A stretch of 63,991 bases of DNA, the filler included. It is 7 parts of 7 records of this genome, joined end to end, with 100 filler letters (N's around TTAATTAATTAA, not from the genome) between each part and the next. Parts side by side here need not be neighbours in the genome. Positions count along the whole stretch, not along the records: positions 1 to 20,984 come from DRR378314_1325; 6 more parts are not named here. One strand, given 5' to 3'. Positions 8,912-19,900 of this stretch are shown piece after piece. The translations under genes were made by a program, and so were the position numbers. Under the pieces are notes generated by a model. It made no database searches. It was not told where the DNA came from and was given only the letters and a program-made list of their open reading frames with translations. The first letter of the stretch is position 1. The number at the start of each line of letters is the position of its first letter.

Positions 8912-10324
8912 ATGACTCAGACCATCGCCCGACAGCTGGCGCAATTTGCCTGTGGCTGCGACTTAAAAACCCTGCCACCCGAAGTGGTAGAGCGTACCAA
9001 GCTATACATTCTCGACACGCTTGGCGCTGTTCAGGTCGGCGTCGGCGAAACCTCGACCATGATCATCGCCGATGTTGTGCTGCGACCGTCCCGATCGGCA
9101 GCTTGCACGGTTGTTGGCCGCGATGAGGCGGCTGATCCCTTGGCTGCGGCGATGGTCAACGGGGCTGCCGCACATGCGGTTGAGCTCGATGACGACCATC
9201 GCGAGTCCGCGCTGCATCCCGGTGCCGTGGTGGTTCCCGCAGTCCTGGCGGCGGCAGAGGACGCCGGCTCCGATGGTCAGACTCTGATCGCAGCGGTGGC
9301 CGTTGGCTATGAAGTCGCCGTCCGCGTCGGAATGGCGATGGGCGGCACCCAGGACCGCGTCGGATTTCACTCCACCTCAACCTGCGGCGTCTTTGGCGCC
9401 GCTGCAGCGGCGGGCGTCGTACTCGGCCTCTCGGAACCACAGATGACCTCTGCTCTGGGGCTTGCCGGTAGCCAGGCCTGCGGTTTGCAGGAATGGAAAG
9501 CGGACGGGTCCTGGACCAAACGCATGCATTCTGGAAAGGCCGCCGAAGCTGGCGTGCTGTCAGCCATGATGGCCGCACGCGGTTATACTGCACCAAATAC
9601 GGTGTTTGAGGGCAACTACGGGTTTCTGAAAGCCTTCTCGGGCATTCAGAAAAATTATCCAGAGGAAATCACGCGCGATCTGGGCACGCGTTATCTGGGG
9701 GCGGAAACCGCCTTTAAACCCTATGCCTGCTGCCGGTTCTCACATCAGCTTATTGATGCTGTTCGGGATCTGAAGGCGGAACACGGATTTCAAGCCGAAG
9801 ACCTGGAACGCGCTGATGTTCGAATTTACCGAACTGGTTTTCGTGCGTTATTTGAACCTCAAGGCCGCACCTATCGTCCCGAAACTATCGTCGATGCCCA
9901 GTTCAGCATCCCCTATCTGATCGCCATCACGCTATTGCATAATACAGCGCTGCCACATCATTTCACAGACGCGCTGATTGCCGATGAAATGGTGCTGGCA
10001 TTGATGGACCGGGTGCATGGTGAACCCGATGACGTCTTTGAGGCCCACTACCCGGAAAAATACGGCACTGATCTCACGATAACGCTGAAGTCCGGCAAAA
10101 CCGTGCACCAATATGCCGACGTGCCCACAGGCGATCCCGCTAAGGATATCTACCAGAACAACCCATCACTGTTCGGCGAAGAGATCATTGCCAAATACCG
10201 CGCACTCATGGCGCAGACGTCAATCCCAAGCAAAGCGGTAGATGAGTTGATCGAAGAAGTATCTTCGCTTGATCAATCAAAGAACCTCCATAACCTGTCT
10301 CGCCTGTTGAAATTGACGTTCTAG
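8912..10324 (+). CDS. MmgE/PrpD family protein
   Basis: AHAVELDDDH, HPGAVVVP, GYEV, GFHSTSTCG, KRMHSGKAA, FKPYACCRFSH and AQFSIPY motifs. Confidence 0.93.
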   Translation: MTQTIARQLAQFACGCDLKTLPPEVVERTKLYILDTLGAVQVGVGETSTMIIADVVLRPSRSAACTVVGRDEAADPLAAAMVNGAAAHAVELDDDHRESALHPGAVVVPAVLAAAEDAGSDGQTLIAAVAVGYEVAVRVGMAMGGTQDRVGFHSTSTCGVFGAAAAAGVVLGLSEPQMTSALGLAGSQACGLQEWKADGSWTKRMHSGKAAEAGVLSAMMAARGYTAPNTVFEGNYGFLKAFSGIQKNYPEEITRDLGTRYLGAETAFKPYACCRFSHQLIDAVRDLKAEHGFQAEDLERADVRIYRTGFRALFEPQGRTYRPETIVDAQFSIPYLIAITLLHNTALPHHFTDALIADEMVLALMDRVHGEPDDVFEAHYPEKYGTDLTITLKSGKTVHQYADVPTGDPAKDIYQNNPSLFGEEIIAKYRALMAQTSIPSKAVDELIEEVSSLDQSKNLHNLSRLLKLTF

Positions 10325-10375
10325 CCAGGAATACTCCGCCTCCGGCGAGCCCTTTCCAGACAAGGAGTTTCGGGT

Positions 10376-11098
10376 TTGGATCCATTGCTCATCTATGTGA
10401 TCGCTGGCGCCTTTGCGGCAGCTTTCGCTATCGGCTCTGTCGGCTTTGCCGACGCGCTGATCCTGAATGCAATCTGGTTGCACTTTTTGCCGCCGACTCT
10501 CGCCATTCCTTTGGTGGTTTGCTGTGGGTTCTCCATGCATATTGTGCCGCTCTACAAGTTACGCGGCACACTTGATTTTTCATACCTTCCGCCCTTTGTG
10601 CTGGCTGGCCTGTTTGGGGTACCGCTCGGTATATGGGCGCTGGTTTATGTTGATCCGGACGCCTTGAAGCTGGGGATGGGGCTGTTTCTCGCGCTCTATG
10701 TCGCTTGGTCATTGTTGATGCCCGGGTTCAAAATCCAAAGTTGGGGCGGCAGATATGCTGACGCCATGGTTGGTCTGAGTGGTGGCATCCTTGGAGGTCT
10801 GGCCGGTCTATCTGGAGTCTTGCCGACCCTTTGGACAAATCTTCGCGGTTGGTCAAAACAGCGGCAGCGTGGTACATTCCAGCCGTTTGTCCTTGCAATG
10901 CATACCGTGAGTGTCGTCCTTTTTGCATCTCAGGGTATGATCTCCTCGCAAGTGCTTAGCTACCTGGGATGGAGTCTGCCAGCCATAGTGATTGGTTCCT
11001 GGGCCGGCACCCAGGTTTATCCGTACTTCAGCGACTTGCTATTCCGACGCATTATCTTGGGCCTAATCCTTACGTCTGCGATTGCACTGATTTCCTAG
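10376..11098 (+). CDS. tauE: Sulfite exporter TauE/SafE family membrane protein
   Basis: About 8 hydrophobic helices; GFA, GVPLG, GLSGGILGGLAGLSG and IGSWAG patterns; TTG start with AAGGAG RBS. Confidence 0.85.
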   Translation: MDPLLIYVIAGAFAAAFAIGSVGFADALILNAIWLHFLPPTLAIPLVVCCGFSMHIVPLYKLRGTLDFSYLPPFVLAGLFGVPLGIWALVYVDPDALKLGMGLFLALYVAWSLLMPGFKIQSWGGRYADAMVGLSGGILGGLAGLSGVLPTLWTNLRGWSKQRQRGTFQPFVLAMHTVSVVLFASQGMISSQVLSYLGWSLPAIVIGSWAGTQVYPYFSDLLFRRIILGLILTSAIALIS

Positions 11099-11580
11099 CC
11101 TCAAATACGATGCAACATAACACGAACTGGATCTACCCTGCTTCTTTGCAGGCCACTCCATCACCCGCTGATGTCTCAAGTGATTTTGATTTTGCTATGT
11201 TCGTTTGCCAGCTGTTGCAACCAATTTGCTAACCGCTGCGCCCTTCGACTTGGCTCCAGAGATGCCAAAGGGCAGCGCCAGAATGTCTCGTGTTAAACAA
11301 TTGTTCGGCGACTTAAAGTTTGGTGCGTTTGATACATAAGGCCGGGCTGGACCACCAAGCGGACTTTCGCTGCGGTTGCGGCATCAAGCACTGCGAATGA
11401 CAGCTGTGGTGCAGAAACCGGACTTCTGTAATGGAGGCCCTTGTGTCAAGTGCCTTTACCCATGAAAAAGCGACCTCCTGCAACAGTGGCGTGGAGGCAC
11501 AGCGGATCGATTATATGTGCTTTTTTGCCCGACAACTTGGGTTTTCCTTGTAGGATCGATTCAGTTGAGGAGATACGGGA

Positions 11581-13893
11581 ATGCGGAGAAAAGTAGTTTT
11601 TGTTTTTTTTGTGCTGCCATTGTTGGTTATTTCGACCACTTCAGCCGTAGGCCAACACGAGCTCTCTAACGATCAGATTGGACGCGCTGCGACAACACTT
11701 CTAGAGCGCGTAAAAGAGGTTGAGGAAGCACACACAAATTACTTTGATCTGACAGCGGTCGCAAAAACGTTGCCATCTGATCCGATTGCCATTCGTGATT
11801 GGGTCGCAACTAACACCAGACTTGTTCCGTACTTGGGCAGCCTGAAAGGCGGCGAAGGCGTTTTGGTGGACAGGGAGGGTAATAGCCTCGACCGCGCCCT
11901 TTTGCTCGCTGCATTACTGGCTGAGAACGATTTTCAAGTCCGCCTTTCATCAGCAACCCTGACTGAGGAAGACGCGCGTTTGCTCTATGGCGGTGCTGGA
12001 TCATTTGAAATATTCTGGCCACCACAAGCGCAACGCCTGGATCCACAGTCTTTGGAGGACCTGCTAATAGTCTCGGGGGGCTTGCCTCCAGAATTTTCCA
12101 AGTCGTTGATCAAAAATAGTTTCGCCGAAATCGATGATGCGCACGCTAGAATCAAATCTCGATTTGCGTCCGTCTTGCCCGCGGTAAAAGAGGCTACCGA
12201 CAACCTGGCGAGATCGGCTGCCGAAGATTCATTCCCAAGGCGGTATTGGTGGGTTGAGATGCGCGAAGGTGAAAATTGGGTTGCTTTAGACCTCTCGCAG
12301 CCTGTGTTGGATAGGCATCTTGAATCACAGGCGACGTTCGCTCCGAATGCCGTGCCAGCCGAGATGTATCATAAAGTGACTCTGTCTGTCGTTGTTGAAG
12401 TGACTAGTGGCAAAAATGTTGAAGAGACGGTTCTCGTTTCTCATGACCAACCCGCATCAAAATTGGCAAATTCCACACTCGCAGTATCATTTTTCCCTGA
12501 GGGATTGGAAGATTTGTCGACTTATTCGAGCCTTGAAGACGTTCTTTTGTCCATTCAGAGCTGGGTTCCGGTTATCAATACCGAAGAAAAAGAGGTCGTT
12601 GACCTCGGATTTAGTATTGAAGGCGGAACACAAGACGGGTCGGGAATAAAATCCGAAAACGGGCTTTCTGGCGCTGCCGGTTCTCTTGGGGGGGTGTTGG
12701 GTGGCCTCAATTCAGAAATTGGCGGCGGGTTAGGGCAGCCGACGGACTCAACACCATCTGCGGACCGCGTAACTGGCATTTGGCTTCGTCTTGATATCGA
12801 ATTACCGGGTCGCGAGGACGAGCAATACTTAAGGGCAGTCTTTGATGCGGTACCAATGACACCTCCGGGACATCTCGATCGTCCGTCAGCGTTGGCCGAG
12901 TTGCCACGAGAAGACAACGAAATGCGTATTGAGAGATCGTTAGCAATGTTGGGATTGCACAAGATGGGTGTTGCGACGACCCGCTGGTCCGAGGCCTATC
13001 ATGCGATGAAGTCGGCGAGGTCGCTGGCATATCAGATGCCTGTAATGCAAGCGATCAGAGACGGATCGACTCTTTCAGAGAGTGATGCGAACGACATTGC
13101 GAAAACCGCTCAGAGAACCAGTTCCAAGATCCTCGAGTACAACTTTCAAAGATGGGCCATCAATCCGTCGGCAGACAATCTTTACCTTGATGGACCGTCG
13201 ATCGCGTTCGAGCATTTGTTTTATTCCTCTGAGCCCGACGGAATTAACATTCTCAGCTCGTTCGATATTGTCCGCAACCAGGTTGCTGTGCACGCGAACC
13301 AGGGTATCGACGCGTTTTCTGAACGCCTGGCACAGGGCGTATCTGACACAGTTGCGGAGTCGGTGTTTGAGGGACAAGACCGGCCAATTCGAAACACCGC
13401 GCGCCTTCACGAGCAATTTGCGGGCACCGATTGGCGTTTGTTAATGCCCGGAGATGCAATTCCAGAAGACAGCTCACCACAGTTGTCTATGGCACTTCAA
13501 CGGGGACAAGCCGTTTTGTTACCAACGCGGGAGTTCGAGCCTGATCTCTGGTGGGAAGTCAACTTGTCCAACGGGACAACTCTTGGGGTTTCGGAAAACG
13601 GTCGCGGCGAAGCGGTGGAATTTGTCTTAGAAACGGCAGTTACAAATTTTCTTTATTGCGGAATCGGCACACTGGCCGTTGGTACAGTTTATGTAATAAA
13701 GACGGGCGTACCAATAAGCGAAAGGTTTGATCAAACTGGACGAGAGGTCCTTATAGAGGGATGTACCTTGATGACACTTGGCGTACCCGGGCTCGGTTGG
13801 TTACTAAAACTTGAAACGACCACTATGACGCATTTTCAATTGATTTCCAACATTATCATTACTGTAGTGGGTGCCGCCATTCTCTTGGATTGA
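11581..13893 (+). CDS. Exported transglutaminase-like protein with degenerate catalytic site and hydrophobic C-terminal tail
   Basis: Signal peptide; PYLGSLKGGEGVL...GNSLDRALLLAALL and YWWVE...WVALD transglutaminase-like core; Gly-rich linker; RBS GAGGAG. Confidence 0.7.
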   Translation: MRRKVVFVFFVLPLLVISTTSAVGQHELSNDQIGRAATTLLERVKEVEEAHTNYFDLTAVAKTLPSDPIAIRDWVATNTRLVPYLGSLKGGEGVLVDREGNSLDRALLLAALLAENDFQVRLSSATLTEEDARLLYGGAGSFEIFWPPQAQRLDPQSLEDLLIVSGGLPPEFSKSLIKNSFAEIDDAHARIKSRFASVLPAVKEATDNLARSAAEDSFPRRYWWVEMREGENWVALDLSQPVLDRHLESQATFAPNAVPAEMYHKVTLSVVVEVTSGKNVEETVLVSHDQPASKLANSTLAVSFFPEGLEDLSTYSSLEDVLLSIQSWVPVINTEEKEVVDLGFSIEGGTQDGSGIKSENGLSGAAGSLGGVLGGLNSEIGGGLGQPTDSTPSADRVTGIWLRLDIELPGREDEQYLRAVFDAVPMTPPGHLDRPSALAELPREDNEMRIERSLAMLGLHKMGVATTRWSEAYHAMKSARSLAYQMPVMQAIRDGSTLSESDANDIAKTAQRTSSKILEYNFQRWAINPSADNLYLDGPSIAFEHLFYSSEPDGINILSSFDIVRNQVAVHANQGIDAFSERLAQGVSDTVAESVFEGQDRPIRNTARLHEQFAGTDWRLLMPGDAIPEDSSPQLSMALQRGQAVLLPTREFEPDLWWEVNLSNGTTLGVSENGRGEAVEFVLETAVTNFLYCGIGTLAVGTVYVIKTGVPISERFDQTGREVLIEGCTLMTLGVPGLGWLLKLETTTMTHFQLISNIIITVVGAAILLD

Positions 13894-13912
13894 ATGATGC
13901 TGCATGAAAGAC

Positions 13913-16900
13913 CTACCGTTCAGCTATCGAATAAGGTTCGCCAAACGAAATAACACAATCCAGATGTTGCTCGATACGCATCGAAACCTCTGGTTTCTCG
14001 TCGATTGCATGCTCCGCCAAGAAAGCCTCGATACTGCGTTGGGTGGCTAGACCTGCCACGTTGTCGGGGGGGCCAACATCAATGCCCAGCACAGCCAGCT
14101 TGGTTTGAATGCGTTTTACCAACTCTTCAACTGGCCGATCTGCGGCTGCAATTCCGCAGCTTTCACTTGGGTCAAAAGCCTCTGGTGGCACAACAGTCGC
14201 CTCGACAATGTCACCCGTCTTCTTCAAGTTAATTCGTGTCGCGGCACCGTCGACTATTCTTACTTCCCTCAAGACCAGAGCCCCGTTTGCTTTTGCAATC
14301 TCGACCAGATAGCTGCCCGAACTTAACGCAATCCAACCGCCATCAACTTTTTCTCGTGCGATGACTCGCTGCGCGGAATCGCGCACCAGTACGGATGCTG
14401 CAAAGGCGTTCTTCATCGCTTCAGACACCGCGGCAGCATTCGACGCGTCATAAAAAGTCCCACCGCCTGCTTTCGCCATACCACTAATCGAGTCCAACGC
14501 GACCTTGTCGCGCAGATCAAACCCAATGAGACTAAAATCCAGGCGGTTCAATTCAACGTCGCGCATTTTGGCTAGGGCAGCAATCGGATCGTCGACACAT
14601 TCCTCGACTCCGTCTGTTATGACGACAAGATTGGAACCCTTTGGTAGGCCGCCATTGCCTGCGACAGCGGCGATACTCTCGACCAGAGGGGTCGTCCCGC
14701 CTATTGGCTCCATGCCGGCAATCAGGGAACCAAGTTCATCGCGGTTCAGAGGACTGACCGGAACAAGTGTCTCGATATCCCGACACGCCACGTCCTTTCC
14801 ACGTTTTTCGGGGATTTGGGCGCCATAGACGGTCAGCCCAAACGATGCGTTGTCAGGGATACTGTCGAGCAGATCCTGAAACGCGTTTTTGGCCGCAGCA
14901 ATCTTGGTTTGCCCGTTTGCCAAACGTTGCGACATAGATCCGGACAAATCCATGATTACATGCGTCTGGGGCATCGTTTCAGGCGGCAAATCTTCACCGC
15001 TGGTTTCCACGATCAAATATCCTGTTCCGTGACCGTATCGAAAGGCGATATCATAGTAAGCAGGCGCCTCCAGATCTTGCGAAATTGCGGCAAAATAGGT
15101 GTCCAGGCTTTTGCTATCGTTTGCAAAGTAACTGCGGCCATTGGTTTCTCGTGCAAGCGCATCGAATAATTGCGTTCCTGTGCCAGCCAACCTTGATGAG
15201 AACGAGGCAAAATCAGACCCCATTCCAATCGTGTATAACTTTGCAGTCGTATTGCGAATTTCAGACCAGAAATCACCGTATGAGATGTCGCTGGCGGAAT
15301 CTATGCCGTCGCCAAACAGAATAAGCCCGCGTCTTCCTGCGCTGCTGTCCAATAGGTCGAGACCAGTTTTGATCGCATCATGCAGGCGCGTTGCCCCGTC
15401 GGGCTCGAACTTGCCCTCTAGCGCTTTGATTAGAACCTCTTTGTTGGACGTAAATTCAGTCGTTAATATCTCGACGTCTTTGGAGAACCGGATGAGCTGG
15501 ACTCTATGCCACTCGGGTAAGGTTAAAATGAAATTTCTGACCGCACCTTCTAACTCCTGCTCGGAACCGTCCATACTACCGCTGGTATCCCAAATGAGAA
15601 CCGACGTAACGCCACTGGGTCGAAGCGAGATGGCGCTGATCGGCTGGTCCAGATCGAAAGTCAGTTCGGATTGAGCACCACGTACTTCGGCCGGAGTAAA
15701 GGTTGCAAGCACTGCGCCATTCCCATCTAGCAGATCGAGCGCGTGGCGCATATCTGGCAGGCCCTTCAAGTCCAGCGATAGCACGGTTGCATCTTTTGAT
15801 GCAGCCGGCAGCGCGAAGACATCGGCATCTGAAAAACTCGCAGCGGCCCCGACGATCCTTTGGTTTTCCGCAAGTCTTTGCGCTGTATGTAGCGTGTTAT
15901 TCGGTTCTTGCTCTGTCAGTGTTGGTTGTAGTGTACTTGAAGAATCTGAAGCGAAGCTCTGGTCCAGAAGTGGTCTGAACGCCATCGGAACATAGTCAGC
16001 TCGGCGGCCTTCTAGAAGCTGTACACTACCAAGAACCGTTTTTCTCGCCTCCGGATCGTTGCGGTCAAGGATGCGAATGCGCAGAAGTCGCGCATCTGTT
16101 TTCAGTGGGATTTCAAAATTGTCGCCACGGCTATCTATTGGACCTTCAAAGACTGTCCGCATGTTCGTGACACGATCTTGATCGGTTACCTCAACCGCTA
16201 TCCTCGCCGGGCGTTCGCCGATTGGCGCGGCCGATGGGAAATGCAGGCGTAAGTCTTCGACAAATACGTTTTCATAATCGCCGAACGCAAAGACCATTTC
16301 TTGGGGCAGATGGTTCCCTTTGGATTCCCAAATCTTAGGGTAATCCGCAAGCAATAGTGCATTTGGACCTTCACGACCCGAACTGGTGAAAGAGATCAAG
16401 CGTCCACCCAAAGTTGGCGAAAGCAGGTTTGCGGGAATATCCTTTACCAGCGAGTCATTGATGTTCTCAAAAGCCTCCCACACCTCGACCTCGGCAAGTG
16501 CGGGAGCATGATCAAGATGGGTTCCAAGAATATCGATCCTGATCGCTTGCGCGATCAACCCGTCGGGGAGGGGTATAAGGTTTCGCCGCCCTTCTTTCGG
16601 AATAATGGCTTTCGAGACCAACGCAAACTGCGCGCTCTGGGCTTCCCGCGCGAAAATGCTGACCTGAGTTGGTGTATAGAAGAATGGAAAGGGCGAGAAC
16701 TCAACCAAAGCAGTGTCGATCACGACCGCACTCACCGCAGATGCTCGTTCTCCAGAAAAGGTCACTTGCAAGCTGCTGAGGGGAGAGTTTTCTCCCGACA
16801 TCCAGCCGCAAATGTTACACCCGCCCAAACCGGTATGGCCGATTGTCGTTGGCATTCCATCATTCAAATAAGCCGGGCTAAGTGTTCCATTTTCACGGCT

Positions 16901-19900
16901 TGATTTTGGTGTGACCCGACCGCCAAACGCGGATGCTGCAAGATTGACCTTAACGGCAGGAGAATCCCAACCGGAATAACCGTCTCGGTCAAGCCAAGCC
17001 TTGAGAAATTTGGGTACCGCCTCCAGATCATCCGCGTCAAGGGTATCCAGCGGGCCGCTGGGACGTTCGGGCGGAGGAGCCAGAGCCGCCTCATCCGCTT
17101 TGGATTGCGCATATCGCCGATTGTTCTCCAGTAGCGAGCTTTTACCCACATCTTCAAGCCCCTGATCGTAGATTTCTACTGCGCGTTGCCAACCATCATT
17201 ATTGAAATACAGCCTCGCCCAATTCTCGTAGGCGTATACTTTGATATCGTGGGTCGTGTCAGGATCAAGAACCACCGCAACATCGTCAGTAAGTTTCAGG
17301 GCGGCGTCTGGCCTGTCATCATTGATCATCCCTTCAATCCGACCAGACAGAACGTTGTCCAAAACATCTGACAGGGATTTCTTGTCAGGAAAGGTCTGTT
17401 CCATCTCTCCGATGGCAACGATCAACCCAGCCGCGCCAGCCGCGTTGAGGGCAGATTTGGACCATTCTTGAAAGGTATAGGGAACATTGCGCCGCAAGTC
17501 TCGCGAGTCGGGAACCAGCTCCAGCCCGGCGGCATAGGCAAGCAGAGCGCCTTGCCAATCACTTTGCTCCAATCGCGTGTTGCCCCAGTCGCGGTAAAGC
17601 ACAACGGTGCTGCTTTCGAAATCCTTGGGTGAAAGAAACGGCCTTGCGCTTGCCAATTGTGTCTTTGCAAGGTCAATCTCGCCGGATCGAACGGCTTCGG
17701 AAATCAGTTTCTGAATTGTTCGCGTGCCCATTTTTGCGACCTTGTTGTCGCCCGGAAACAAGATACCCAGATTTTCTGCCGCGGTGGCCACGCCCTGAGC
17801 GCCCGTTTCAGCTCCAGCTGAGCGCGTCCACTCCTGCGCCACGTAGGCCACGTTATTTGAAAACAGTTGAGCGTCGTCCAATTCACTGCGGCCATTAGAA
17901 TAAAGTGTTGCGGCAGCTTCCCAGTCTTTACCATTCATCGCGAGTTGCGCCCGGCGATCGATGATTAGGACCCTGAGTTTGTGAAAGCTGGCGGGCGATA
18001 GCAGTAGCTGTGCGCTTGTCAAAAAGCTCTCAGCACCGTCATAGTCTCCATCGCGCATTTGCGCGTTCACTTTTCTGATAATCTCATTCTCTTCAAAACC
18101 CGGGTCTATCGCAAAACTCGGAAGCAACTTGCGAAGTGCTGCGTTCACTGCCTCCAGGCCGGCAGTTCCCCCGTCTGATAACGCAGCGGCCTGCCACCTC
18201 TGTGCTACGTAGCGCGCATTCCTGGACAAGTAATAATCATCGGGGTGTGCTGACAGCCCGTTTGAATGTAGTTCAGCAGCGGCTTGCCAATCTTCTCCGT
18301 CGATCAGCGCTCGGCCATAAACATTATAGGCATGTGCTCCAGCGTCGAAATCGGAACCTGCCCTAGCAATCAACGGCTGAACTTCTTGTGCTAACGCCAT
18401 TGTTTCCTCAAGCGTGCGCGTAGCGAGCCCCATATTGATTTGGTTTATGGCGAAGCTTTCGGCCACACCATCAAGTTGCGCGAGGGATGCAAATCGGTCT
18501 GATAAATCTGCGATCCTTGAAAGCCCTTCGACAATTCCACTGCTATCTTTGGCCCATTCCTGCGCAAGGTAACGTGCCAGTCGCTGAACGCTTTTTGGGT
18601 CGGCGTCCGCGTCGAGACCCTGCATCAGCAAATCCGCGGTGACCTCATAGTCTTTTACGTCAATCAACGACCGCGCCTGTCTAAGATAAAGGTTTGACCG
18701 CCACTGACCAACTTCGGACTGTGCCGGACCCTCCAGAAGGTCGAGCGCCCGGTTCGATATCGCAAGGGCTTGTTCCCATTCGCCGCGAGATATGGCTGCC
18801 TCTGCCGGTCTAAGAAAGACAGCAACGCGGTCAGGATCGAAGTTTTGGTCCGGGCTCTCTTGCGTTGCCCGTTCAAGTACCTCAAGCGCTGCAACATAGT
18901 CCCCTGAAGCTGACAGCGAGTCCGCCCATTTGCTCCATACCGCGCGCTGATTTGCTGCAAGAATCTCGTCATCCGCAGACAATCTTCGGCCCAAAGCAGC
19001 AACGGCCGTGGCCTGCTCCCATTCACCGGCCTGCCCTAGCGACCTTGCCCATCCGCTTAGCGCCGCCAGCCCATTTGTGACGGCGGATGAGAATTCCGGG
19101 TCAAGGCTCATGGCGCGGAAATTGGCAAGCAGAGCTTCGCGAAATTTGCCATCACGATGAAACTCTACACCGTGATTGTAGTAGATCAGCGCGGCTGTTC
19201 CGTTGCGATCAATCTCGCGTCGAAGATCTTTGTTCGACTGGGGGATGTAATTGAACCCCGTGAGTTCGCGAAATTCATCGATTTGTTCACGCGCGGGCGC
19301 AAACCCACGCTTTGTCGTCGTCTCGACGTCCACATGGTCAATCCCGTCATAGAGTATTGAAAAAGCATGGTCGGGAACTTCAATGGTTCGTAGATCCAAA
19401 CCTAAGCGCCAACCAAGAATATTATACAGCGCTGCTGAAGAGACGCAGTTGAAAATTCCTTGGTCAAGAACCGTTGATACGTCCGTTTGCTGCAACCTGT
19501 ACCCGTTGGCAAACGTGTTCTCGTGCAACCAATTGAGAAGGCTTGCACCCAGCTCAATTGGGGGTGCTTTCACATCTAGATCCGCTCGAATTTGGGTTTC
19601 GACTTCATCAAGCTCTGCGCGGTAGGCATCGCGATCGGCTGGTATGACGATACCCGAAGCCAATAGCGCAATTTCTTCAAGCTCGCGCGTTTCGAGCGTC
19701 TCAGTTTTCGCTCGCTCAAAAATGTCCTGCTCAGCCGATGTCAGTGCAAATCCGATTTCACCAAAAGCTTCCAGTTCCTCGATCATGGTTATCGCTGTCG
19801 CCGGAGCTTCGCCAAACGCGTATAGCGGCTCTGCTGGGCCGTCCAAGCCCATCAACCACATATCGGTAAGGGCAAAACTGTTCTGATCAGTCGCTGGAAA

